40,445 nucleotides of DNA from positions 1 through 40,445 of IMG/VR virus record IMGVR_UViG_3300016665_000331. The stretch is one strand, 5' to 3'. The first letter of the stretch is position 1, and every line of letters begins with the position of its first letter. The notes beneath the pieces are model-generated. The model saw only the letters and a list, made by a program, of their open reading frames with translations. It had not been told where the DNA came from and did no database searches. Origin of the DNA: a virus (Duplodnaviria; Caudoviricetes). The translations under genes and the position numbers were made by a program. This document shows positions 15,552 through 23,283 of the stretch, piece by piece.

Positions 15552-18508
15552 TCTTTTCCTCCAACCATCGTCTGCAAGCGCATGAGCGCCTGACGGAAGA
15601 CCGGGCTGACCTTTGAGCTTTCGGAGGCCAGCGTCCGGCGGATCTCGGCATGCGTGCTCTCCGCATCGGGCGTGAGGTTGAGCGCATTGCGAGCTTGCAG
15701 ATTGTACTTGCGAGAGATTTGATTGAGGTCAACAGTCGTCTGCTTATAGGCAGGCGTGAACTGCTGCGGGTTGGCGAGCATCTGGTTCTTCGCCATCTGC
15801 GAGATCGCGAAGACCAGCTTCGGCGCAACGCCGCCGGCGCGGTCAGCCATCTTCTTCGCGTTCTTGGCGCCAAAGCGCTTTGTCGCGTAGGCGACGAGCT
15901 CGCGCATGGCGCCGTCGTCCGGCGACTTGGCGACCCGGCCGCCTTTGGCAAAGCCCCGATCCTTGATGCGGACGCCGCGCTGCACTGGGCCGAGCGGATT
16001 GGCGTCTTTGTTCATGTTCACGGCGGTGCCAAACATGCGATTGGTCTCGCCGCCCAGCGCGATGTTGACGCGGGACAGGATCCTCGACGAGCGTGGATAT
16101 TCAAAAAACCGCTGGCGCAGCCGCTTCAGGTCATGGTCGAGGATGTTGCCAGCGAACTCGAAAGCCACCTCAGGCTTCATCGTGTTCGCGCTGGCCATGC
16201 GCAGCAGGAAGGCCAGCCGACGACGATCAACGCCGCCTTGCTGGGCGATCTGGGCCGTCTCTTCTGCGACCTGCGCTGCTACCGGGGTGAGGCCTGACGC
16301 TTGTGGGGCGCCCGCTGGAGGTGCGCTGGAAGGTCCAGCTCCTCCTCCGCCGACAATTCCGCCGGTGGCTTTCCGAGATACGCCAGATCCAGATACGATT
16401 GGCGCGTCACCGGCACCTTGAACCGCTTCATCAGCCGCTCCAGCGGGTCTCCACCATGAGGGGGCTGCGATGCCTTCTGCTGCGCCTGCGATGGCTGCGA
16501 TTTCGTTTCGTGCTTCGTCAAGGCTCAGGTCTCCTGCTCTATATCTGTTCCATACCGCATCGATAGTGTCCATGTTCTTTTGCGTCTTAAATGTGTCGGG
16601 AAAAAGGCCTCGGACGGCCTCCCATGTGAGCGACTGCATTTCGCGGGGGAGAATGTCTCGCTCGGCGGCCGCCCGCCGATAGGCCTCGGCATAGAGCGGA
16701 TAGGTGCCTTGGATGCCGCTGGCGGCCGAGCCACCTGCGCCGACATTGCCCGCCCCAGCGGACGTTTTGAAATTGTGAGCGACTTCGATGGATTTCTGGG
16801 ACAGGGGGCGCAGGAGACCGGCGGCCACCGCGTGGGTGTCGATGGTCACATCGCCGCGCGCCGAATTCGGGGCGAGAATGTTGTTGTAGAAATTGCGGAC
16901 CTTGTGCTTCGAGCCCATGATCTCATTGAGCAGGGCGCGGTCGCCGTTGCTCTCGATGGCTTGGATCGCCTTGCCGATCTCGTTCATCGACCCCCAAGCG
17001 ACCCGAGCTTCGGCGCCCTTGCCAGTCTTGACGGCCTCGCCGAAACCACCCTCGGGCGTCACCAACGGATAAGAGCGCGGGTGGTAGGTCTCGTCGTACA
17101 GGCGAACCCACATGGCCTTGAGGATCGCCTTTTCGTCGGCCGGGATGTCGAGCTTGTTAATGTCGCCAAGGCTGCGCGAAGAGATGGTCTCGAAGAGCGG
17201 CTTGTATTCGTCCTTGCTCAGGGATGCGATGCCTTCGTAGGTCTTGCGCATCTCAGGCGTGAAGACATGCCCCTGATAGAAATTGTCTCCCTGCCCCTTG
17301 ATGACATCGAAAACGCGCTGCGCCAGCGAGACGTTTTGATACCAGTCCTTTTGCGGAGACAGCGCCGCGAGAGCGCCAGCGACGGCGCTGTCAGGCACAT
17401 CGTACTTGGCCGCCCAGTCTTCAGAGATTTTCCGCGCGCCGTCATACCAGAGCTTTGAGCGGCCCCGGATCTCCTCTGGGATGCGGTCATGCAACCACAG
17501 AAGGTTGTCCTTCACATGATTGATGAAGCTCTCGGCGACCTCTTTTGACGGCGCACCGGCGAGGCTCTCGGGCATGTTCGGATAATCGCGCAGCAGCGCG
17601 ACGTTCTTCTCGAACAGCTCGGGGGTGGCCTCGAACGAACGCATGTCCACAATGCGAGGCGCACCCTCGACATCTTCGATCTGCTTCTTGCCGGTCGGAT
17701 ACCGGGTGTCGATCATGGCGGCATGGTCTGGCTCAACAGCGCGCGGAACGACTTCACCGAGGGCCTCGGCGGTCCTGAGACCTTCCTGAGCGCCCGCCTC
17801 GGCTCCCGCTTTGGCTCCGGCCTTCGCTCCGGCTTCGACTGTGGCCTCCGCCGCCTCAACTCCAGCCTTGGCGCCGCGCTTGCCCAACCGGGCTGCGGTG
17901 CCGAGCAGGGGGACTGCGCCAGCCGTGGCCACAGCGGCCAGCTGGCGCAGGCTGCTCGCCTTGGGCAGATCGCCAGCCGCCTCGGCGGCGTCGGCCTCCC
18001 GGGAGAGCTTGTCGGCGTCCATGCCGGAGCGGATCTCGCCGATGACCGGGGCAATGTCCATCAGGAAGCCGGGCAAATCCTCCTTGGCGTGCTGGTAGAC
18101 GGCGCTCCCGAACTTGCCGACATCAGAAGCGAGACGACCGGCGGGCGACGGCGAGGCTGCGACATCGGCGGCGTACTGTCCAACCGTGCCGGGGATCTCG
18201 GTGGCGCCGCGCGATGCGGCAATCAGCGGGCGACCGACGGCCGCTCCGGCGCCAGCAACGCCTTGCACCGCGCGCTCATACGCGCCGGGCGCAGGGGCCT
18301 CGCTGTCGCCCGTCTGCATCATGCCGCCCATCGGATCCATGTAGGCAGGCGCGGGAGCCTCGACCTCGCCGCCGTCGGCAAAGTAGGCGTCGGCATCAAA
18401 AGCAGTGCGCGGACCAGCCGACAACATCTCCAACGGACTGCGCGGCGCCCGCATCGTGTTCTCGATCTGGCGCATGGCGGCGGCGTAGGGGGACGGGTTA
18501 AGCGGCAT
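15548..18508 (-). CDS. Large multidomain (polyvalent-type) late protein with central HhH-GPD glycosylase-like domain
   Basis: 986 aa; SKLWYDGA, AGALAALSPQKDWYQNV, KVRNFYNNI, VTIDTHAV, YAEAYRRAA...MQSLTW; FADGGEV and FAKGGRV motifs near the ends. Confidence 0.65.
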   Translation of the reverse strand: MPLNPSPYAAAMRQIENTMRAPRSPLEMLSAGPRTAFDADAYFADGGEVEAPAPAYMDPMGGMMQTGDSEAPAPGAYERAVQGVAGAGAAVGRPLIAASRGATEIPGTVGQYAADVAASPSPAGRLASDVGKFGSAVYQHAKEDLPGFLMDIAPVIGEIRSGMDADKLSREADAAEAAGDLPKASSLRQLAAVATAGAVPLLGTAARLGKRGAKAGVEAAEATVEAGAKAGAKAGAEAGAQEGLRTAEALGEVVPRAVEPDHAAMIDTRYPTGKKQIEDVEGAPRIVDMRSFEATPELFEKNVALLRDYPNMPESLAGAPSKEVAESFINHVKDNLLWLHDRIPEEIRGRSKLWYDGARKISEDWAAKYDVPDSAVAGALAALSPQKDWYQNVSLAQRVFDVIKGQGDNFYQGHVFTPEMRKTYEGIASLSKDEYKPLFETISSRSLGDINKLDIPADEKAILKAMWVRLYDETYHPRSYPLVTPEGGFGEAVKTGKGAEARVAWGSMNEIGKAIQAIESNGDRALLNEIMGSKHKVRNFYNNILAPNSARGDVTIDTHAVAAGLLRPLSQKSIEVAHNFKTSAGAGNVGAGGSAASGIQGTYPLYAEAYRRAAAERDILPREMQSLTWEAVRGLFPDTFKTQKNMDTIDAVWNRYRAGDLSLDEARNEIAAIAGAAEGIAAPSWWRPAGAADEAVQGAGDAPIVSGSGVSRKATGGIVGGGGAGPSSAPPAGAPQASGLTPVAAQVAEETAQIAQQGGVDRRRLAFLLRMASANTMKPEVAFEFAGNILDHDLKRLRQRFFEYPRSSRILSRVNIALGGETNRMFGTAVNMNKDANPLGPVQRGVRIKDRGFAKGGRVAKSPDDGAMRELVAYATKRFGAKNAKKMADRAGGVAPKLVFAISQMAKNQMLANPQQFTPAYKQTTVDLNQISRKYNLQARNALNLTPDAESTHAEIRRTLASESSKVSPVFRQALMRLQTMVGGKE
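16279..16521 (-). CDS. Overprinted small protein nested in an alternative frame of the 986-aa gene
   Basis: DPLERLMKRFKVPVTRQSYLDLAYLGKPPAELSAEEELDLPAHLQ is protein-like while the host frame is a G/A/P/S linker; AGGAG 9 nt before TTG 16521 and GGAG 6 nt before ATG 16431. Confidence 0.55.
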   Translation of the reverse strand: MTKHETKSQPSQAQQKASQPPHGGDPLERLMKRFKVPVTRQSYLDLAYLGKPPAELSAEEELDLPAHLQRAPHKRQASPR

Positions 18509-19994
18509 ACGGGTTCACCTTCGGGGCCGTGTCGCGAGGCAGCGGCGGCTGGATCGGCTGCGGAGTGACCGAGATCATATCACGGTCGGCCAGATAACGC
18601 AGCCCTTGCACGCCGGCGTCCATCAGGTCGTCGTGCGGGATCGAGCCCTCGCCCGAGAACGTGCAGAGCTGCTCGATCAGCGGCTCTGCCCAGCTCACCG
18701 GGTTGCCCGCCGCCTTCGAGCTTTCGACGACGAAGACATGGCCGGCGGCGAACAGCGGTGAGATGGCGTGGAGCCGGTCGAGCTTCCGGGCCCGGCCGGG
18801 GTTGTAGGGCGCCGCGATCACGCTCTCCCGCGCCAGCGCCTGCCGCAGGCTGATGCCCGAGCCCTTGTCTTCGATCAGCAGGACGTCCGGCTTGCGGCCG
18901 CTGTCTTCCATGTAGGCCGGGCCGATCAGGGGCTTGAACAGCGCCTTCTCCCGGGGCGCGTAGACGGCCTTCAGCTCCTTCTTCGTGCGGACGATCAGAT
19001 CCGGGAAGCCGAGGCGCTCCTGCCAGCAATCCAACAGGATGATGCAGCGCTTTCGCTTTGGGCCCGTGAACACGCCCCACACGACGCAGGCGCTGTAGTC
19101 GGGGTCGCCCTTGACAGTCGAGCCCGTCTCCTCGGTGAAGGCGGTGTCGAGCGACATCACGATGAATTCGAGCTCGGGGAGATCTCGACCGGCGGGCCAG
19201 AGCTGGATCGAGGACCGGCGCACAATTCCCATCTCTTCCGGGTTGATGACCTCGGCATGGATCTCCTGCCGCCCGATGGTCGTGCCCTCATAGCGCAGGA
19301 TCTGGTCCCGAAAGGTCGGCGCGAGGTTGGCGAGGTTGTCATAGGTCGTCGCCCGGGTGACGACGACGTCCTTACCTTCGCGCTTGAGCAGGTTGCGGAT
19401 GATGTTGTTCGGCTTCGGCGTCGTCGTGCAAATCAGGCGCGGTCGCTCGCCGAGACGCATGCCGAACATCAGCAGGTCGAAGGCGCTGTCGGCGTATTGC
19501 CACGCGGCGAGCTCGTCGAGCCATCCGCCGTGAAACTGTGGGCCGCGGAAGCGCTCGGGCTTCTCGGCCGTGATCCCCTTGATCAGGGAGCCGTTGCGCA
19601 GCCTGATCTCGACGTCTGACTTGTTCCACAGCGAGCCGCCTCCGGTCGGCTCGATCAGGTCGTGCGGAATGACGTTGAGTAGGCCGCTCTCACCCTCAAA
19701 GCACACGCCGATCAGGTCGCCGTAAGTCGGCGCCGAGACCAGCCACCGGGTTTCCGGTTGGAGCGCGGCCCAGCGCCCGATGACCTCAGCCGCCGTCCGC
19801 GTCTTACCGGCGCCGCGCCCGGCGAGCAGCAGCCAGATCGTCCACCAGTCCTCGGGCGGCGGGATCTGGTGCTTGAGGCGCTTCTTGACCCAACCCATTT
19901 GCCACTCGAGCAGGGTGCGCTCATGGGGCGGGAGCTTGGAATATTGCCGCTCGACCCGCTCCTTCTTGGCGGCATAGGTCTCGGCGATGCTCAA
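18498..19994 (-). CDS. terL: Terminase large subunit
   Basis: Walker A LAGRGAGKTR, Walker B GWLDELAAW, TTTPKP, nuclease DTAF, DYSA, IEDKGSG, HDDLMDA; probable TTG start at 19994 overlapping upstream TGA. Confidence 0.93.
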   Translation of the reverse strand: MSIAETYAAKKERVERQYSKLPPHERTLLEWQMGWVKKRLKHQIPPPEDWWTIWLLLAGRGAGKTRTAAEVIGRWAALQPETRWLVSAPTYGDLIGVCFEGESGLLNVIPHDLIEPTGGGSLWNKSDVEIRLRNGSLIKGITAEKPERFRGPQFHGGWLDELAAWQYADSAFDLLMFGMRLGERPRLICTTTPKPNNIIRNLLKREGKDVVVTRATTYDNLANLAPTFRDQILRYEGTTIGRQEIHAEVINPEEMGIVRRSSIQLWPAGRDLPELEFIVMSLDTAFTEETGSTVKGDPDYSACVVWGVFTGPKRKRCIILLDCWQERLGFPDLIVRTKKELKAVYAPREKALFKPLIGPAYMEDSGRKPDVLLIEDKGSGISLRQALARESVIAAPYNPGRARKLDRLHAISPLFAAGHVFVVESSKAAGNPVSWAEPLIEQLCTFSGEGSIPHDDLMDAGVQGLRYLADRDMISVTPQPIQPPLPRDTAPKVNPYAA

Positions 19995-20242
19995 GCGGGC
20001 CTCGCTCCGTACCGGGCCGGGAGCTCGCGCGGCACGACGCTGGCGCGGAAGATCATGGCGCCGTCGTCGTCTTCCCACAGATTGAGCAGCATCGCCTTCT
20101 CATGGCGCGGCTGGCTGGAGACGACGAGGTCGCCGTCGGCGCGCTCGTACACGAAACCGCGCACCGCGCTGTCGTCGAGCTCGGGGCGGCGGAGCCAGCC
20201 ATATTGCCAATGCCAGCCGGTCGAAACGAGCCTGCGCACCAT
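19991..20242 (-). CDS. Hypothetical protein
   Basis: 83 aa coupled between TerS and TerL; GGGAG RBS. Confidence 0.6.
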   Translation of the reverse strand: MVRRLVSTGWHWQYGWLRRPELDDSAVRGFVYERADGDLVVSSQPRHEKAMLLNLWEDDDGAMIFRASVVPRELPARYGARPA

Positions 20243-20243
20243 C

Positions 20244-20768
20244 TCAGTCTCCCACCTTCACGCCGCGATCCACCAGCGTCAGCAAATTGAGCAGGGTCTC
20301 GCTCGGGCCCTGTCGAGCGTCGATCTTAGCGTCGATCTCGATCTTGTCGCCCCATTTCTTCGGCGCCACCTTGCCGGCGTACCAGCGGCGCGCGTCCATC
20401 ATGTTGCGGGCTTTTTGCGCGTCTGGCTGGCTGTCGGCGATGAACACGACGCTCTCGGCGAAGTGGTCTTGTTGAGCTTCGCGTGCATGCGAAAGGCGCT
20501 CGGCGAAGTCGGGATCTTCTTTACCCCATCGCCACACAGTCCCGTAAGACGGGTTGCCATTTTCCGCACAGATTTTCACCAGCGGCTCGCCGTCCGCGAC
20601 ACGCGAACAGATCATGTCGCCGAGCTCCTTGGTGAACTGCGTCGGCCGCTTCAACGGCCGCCCGCGCTTGCGTTTTACCAGCGGTTCAAGCTCATCGTAA
20701 GAACTTGATGTTACAAGTGTTTTCTTCGATTTCTTCGGCATCTCAGGCGGCTTCCTTAGCTCAGTCAC
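20244..20768 (-). CDS. terS: Terminase small subunit (Sf6 gp1-like)
   Basis: GRP...ICSRVADGEPLVKIC...TVWRW...FAERLSHARE...DARRWYAGKVAPKKWGDK; start uncertain (GTG 20768 or ATG 20741). Confidence 0.85.
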   Translation of the reverse strand: MTELRKPPEMPKKSKKTLVTSSSYDELEPLVKRKRGRPLKRPTQFTKELGDMICSRVADGEPLVKICAENGNPSYGTVWRWGKEDPDFAERLSHAREAQQDHFAESVVFIADSQPDAQKARNMMDARRWYAGKVAPKKWGDKIEIDAKIDARQGPSETLLNLLTLVDRGVKVGD

Positions 20769-20899
20769 CTACTGGCGTTGGGGCCCGGACGCACGCATTG
20801 TCCGGGCGGCCGAACATTCTGACAGGGGGGCCGTGGAGGGAGCCTTCGCTGTAGTTCGGTCCGGGGCCCAGCCACCACGCCATGTGGCTGAACGCAACC

Positions 20900-20928
20900 A
20901 TTATACGCTGATTTTCAGATTATCCACA
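20900..20928 (-). promoter_or_regulatory. Putative leftward late-operon promoter (-10 TATAAT) whose -35 position overlaps a DnaA box
   Basis: TATAAT on minus strand at 20900-20905; TTATCCACA at 20920-20928. Confidence 0.45.
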
Positions 20929-20975
20929 GGGGGCTGAAATTATCGTTTGACATGCGAATTTAGTTCGCGTAAAAG
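20920..20975 (+). promoter_or_regulatory. Early promoter 1: DnaA box + sigma70 promoter with palindromic operator in the spacer
   Basis: TTATCCACA 20920-20928; TTGACA 20947-20952; 17-nt spacer containing GCGAATTTAGTTCGC; TAAAAG 20970-20975. Confidence 0.7.
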
Positions 20976-21006
20976 GGGCTCATAGACAAGTAGACAGGAG
21001 ACAGAC

Positions 21007-21309
21007 ATGGCCACTTGCGACTACCTCATCGAAGAGCTCGAACTCGAAATTAACGGCTGCAACGTGTGGGCCGATGGCTCGGTCGAGGTTGCCTACACCT
21101 ATCAGGCTCCGCAGCACTCGGTCGGCTTCTCCGGCGGCGTCGTGATCGATAGCTTCGGCCCGATGCGCGTGGATCTGACCGACGAGAACCGCGAGGACTG
21201 CGGCAAGATCACCTGCAAGCCGGGTGATGCGATTTTCGACCAGATCATCAAAGCGCTGGGCGACGAGCGCATCGAGCGCGCCATCGCCGACGGCGAAGAA
21301 ACCTTCTGA
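21007..21309 (+). CDS. Early hypothetical protein (acidic)
   Basis: AGGAG RBS; first gene after promoter 1. Confidence 0.75.
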   Translation: MATCDYLIEELELEINGCNVWADGSVEVAYTYQAPQHSVGFSGGVVIDSFGPMRVDLTDENREDCGKITCKPGDAIFDQIIKALGDERIERAIADGEETF

Positions 21310-21323
21310 GAGGAGAGACAGAC

Positions 21324-21650
21324 ATGAACAGCAAGGCCAAAAAAGGCGACATCATTGTCATCGAGACCACCAGCAGCTCGACCGACGCCAAGATGAAAGT
21401 CACCCGGTACACGCATTACGCGCTGGCGCGGGCGGCCAAGGTGAACCGTCAGGGCATCGTGATCGAGTACCAAAAGCCCGACATGGGCTACCCCTACACG
21501 CTTGATCGGGGCCAGCGCGTGATGACCATCGCCGATCCCGAGAAGCAGGCTGCCGCTCGGAAACTGTTCGAAACGATCAAGGACAACTGGTTCCCGAACG
21601 CCGAGGCGATTAAAGACGCCATACTGCAACAGGTTGAAAAAACAGCCTAA
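21324..21650 (+). CDS. Early hypothetical protein
   Basis: GAGGAG RBS; followed by a terminator. Confidence 0.75.
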   Translation: MNSKAKKGDIIVIETTSSSTDAKMKVTRYTHYALARAAKVNRQGIVIEYQKPDMGYPYTLDRGQRVMTIADPEKQAAARKLFETIKDNWFPNAEAIKDAILQQVEKTA

Positions 21651-21659
21651 TCTAACTTG

Positions 21660-21692
21660 AAAATCGCCGCGAAATAAATCGCGGCGATTTTT
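21660..21692 (+). terminator. Rho-independent (possibly bidirectional) terminator
   Basis: AAAATCGCCGCGA-AATAAA-TCGCGGCGATTTTT. Confidence 0.8.
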
Positions 21693-21698
21693 GGCGAT

Positions 21699-21743
21699 TT
21701 ATCCACAGACCCTGTTGACCGGCGAACTTAGTTCGCGTATACA
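21699..21743 (+). promoter_or_regulatory. Early promoter 2: DnaA box + sigma70 promoter with palindromic operator
   Basis: TTATCCACA 21699-21707; TTGACC 21715-21720; spacer with GCGAACTTAGTTCGC; TATACA 21738-21743. Confidence 0.72.
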
Positions 21744-21773
21744 GAATGGGCAAGACAGACACAGGAGACAGAC

Positions 21774-22073
21774 ATGACCAACTTCGCTTCCCTCGCCAAC
21801 CTCTCCGCCGCCGACCGCTACGCCATCCTGAAGGCCGACATCGACGCCCTGACCAAGGAGCTCGACAAGACCCGCGCCGAGATCCTCGCCACCGGCTCCG
21901 ACCGCGTCGTCGGCGACAGCGTCATCGTCGAGGTCGCCCTGTCCGAACGCACCGCGCTCGACACCAAAGCCGCCAAGGCCCTCCTGACCGACGAGCAGGT
22001 CGCCGCGTGCTCGAAGACGACCCTGATCACGACGCTCCGCGTCAAGCCCCTCACCGCCACCGTCATCGCCTGA
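21774..22073 (+). CDS. Early hypothetical coiled-coil protein
   Basis: AGGAG RBS; strong C-ending codon bias. Confidence 0.8.
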   Translation: MTNFASLANLSAADRYAILKADIDALTKELDKTRAEILATGSDRVVGDSVIVEVALSERTALDTKAAKALLTDEQVAACSKTTLITTLRVKPLTATVIA

Positions 22074-22084
22074 AAGGAAACGCC

Positions 22085-22309
22085 ATGAACCTCTTCAACG
22101 TCCGCGTCGACTTCGACTTCCTCGGCAACTTCTCCGACTTCTCCTTCGACAAGATCGAGGAGGCGACTGCCTTCCTCGGCGCCGCCCACGACCTCGGCCT
22201 GAAGGCGACCCTGTCCCGGTCCTCGATGACCGACCTCGACAGCTCGGTCTTCGCCCTCAAGGCCATGCACACCGCAATAGCCAAACTCAAGACGGAGATG
22301 GGCAAATGA
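22085..22309 (+). CDS. Early hypothetical protein
   Basis: Start revised to ATG 22085 (AAGGA RBS): MNLFNVRVDFDF... Confidence 0.75.
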   Translation: MNLFNVRVDFDFLGNFSDFSFDKIEEATAFLGAAHDLGLKATLSRSSMTDLDSSVFALKAMHTAIAKLKTEMGK

Positions 22310-22509
22310 TCATCGAGACCACCGCCAACCAGCTCTACTACGTCGTCCCCTACCGGGATCCTGAACTGTTGCATGTGTGGCAGGGCTTCCGCGTGAAGCG
22401 CTCCAAGACGGCCGTGGGCGGCTTCGCCCTCGCCAAGAACGCCCGGTCGGAGATGGTCCGCCGGGAAGGCTGCAAGATCGTTAAGGACTACGCGGAGCGC
22501 CCCCAATGA
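22306..22509 (+). CDS. Early hypothetical protein
   Basis: ATGA-coupled to both neighbours. Confidence 0.7.
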   Translation: MIIETTANQLYYVVPYRDPELLHVWQGFRVKRSKTAVGGFALAKNARSEMVRREGCKIVKDYAERPQ

Positions 22510-22835
22510 GCATCGTGAACAAACCGGAGAAAGGCAAATGGGTCATGCTTGGTCCATTTGAGATCCGCCGCACGACAGGCGGCTTGGAGGAAGACGGCGG
22601 CGTCGTCATCCTCGACGACGAAGGAGACGAGTGCTGGTTCAAAGACATTCGGATCCACTGCTTTGTCCAGCCGTCCATCAGAAGGGGCCAGATCGTCTAC
22701 CTGCCGGAAGAAGAGAACCGCCCCCTCTACAAGGTAATCGAGATCCTCGAAGACAATAAGGCGCTCCTCCTGTCCACATCCGCCGATGTCTCAAAGATTG
22801 TCCGCCTCGACCAGCTGGAGGTCATCAACCAATGA
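22506..22835 (+). CDS. Early hypothetical protein (small beta-barrel-like)
   Basis: ATGA-coupled; IRRGQIVYL...YKVIEI. Confidence 0.7.
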   Translation: MSIVNKPEKGKWVMLGPFEIRRTTGGLEEDGGVVILDDEGDECWFKDIRIHCFVQPSIRRGQIVYLPEEENRPLYKVIEILEDNKALLLSTSADVSKIVRLDQLEVINQ

Positions 22836-23038
22836 CTGGCATGACCCCCGCCCTCATTAGAGCCGCTCTGGCGGCTGTGGCGTCCCCGGACGCCACTCGC
22901 CCCTGCGCCGACCACAACCCGGCCCTGTGGTCGCTCTGGTGCGCCGTGAAGGGCCGCAATCCGATGGACCCAGCCCCGCACTGGACGGAAGCCGACGTCG
23001 TCGCCTCGTTCCGGGAGATGCTCAATGCGGCCGCCTGA
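22832..23038 (+). CDS. Early hypothetical protein
   Basis: ATGA-coupled; GGAGG RBS. Confidence 0.55.
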   Translation: MTGMTPALIRAALAAVASPDATRPCADHNPALWSLWCAVKGRNPMDPAPHWTEADVVASFREMLNAAA

Positions 23039-23240
23039 ACTGATCGAGATCATGAACCGCCGCCAGATGAAGACAAAGGATCTGGCGATCATGGCAGGCG
23101 TCACCATGCGCGCCGCGCAAAAGTGGATCTCAGGCCAGAACCCGATCCCCCGCTCCGTCGCCCTCGTCCTCTACGCGATGGAGAATAACCGGGTCAGCGA
23201 CAAGTGGATCGTCCACAAAATCGTCCGCATGGGCGCATGA
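23025..23240 (+). CDS. Cro/XRE-type HTH transcriptional regulator
   Basis: MKTKDLAIMAGVTMRAAQKWISGQNPIP. Confidence 0.75.
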   Translation: MRPPELIEIMNRRQMKTKDLAIMAGVTMRAAQKWISGQNPIPRSVALVLYAMENNRVSDKWIVHKIVRMGA

Positions 23241-23242
23241 TC

Positions 23243-23267
23243 GGGGCGGCCTTCGGGTCACCCTTTT
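23243..23267 (+). terminator. Terminator ending the early operon
   Basis: GGGGCGGCC-TTCG-GGTCACCC-TTTT. Confidence 0.6.
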
Positions 23268-23283
23268 CGTTTCTGGCAGGGCG

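Noticed and set aside
20779-20890. tRNA gene
   Set aside because: No cloverleaf with T-loop, anticodon arm and acceptor stem could be built
21722-21736. GCGAAC-TTA-GTTCGC as a LexA/SOS box
   Set aside because: Spacing is GAAC-N3-GTTC, matching neither the alphaproteobacterial GTTC-N7-GTTC nor the Gram-positive GAAC-N4-GTTC; treated as a phage operator
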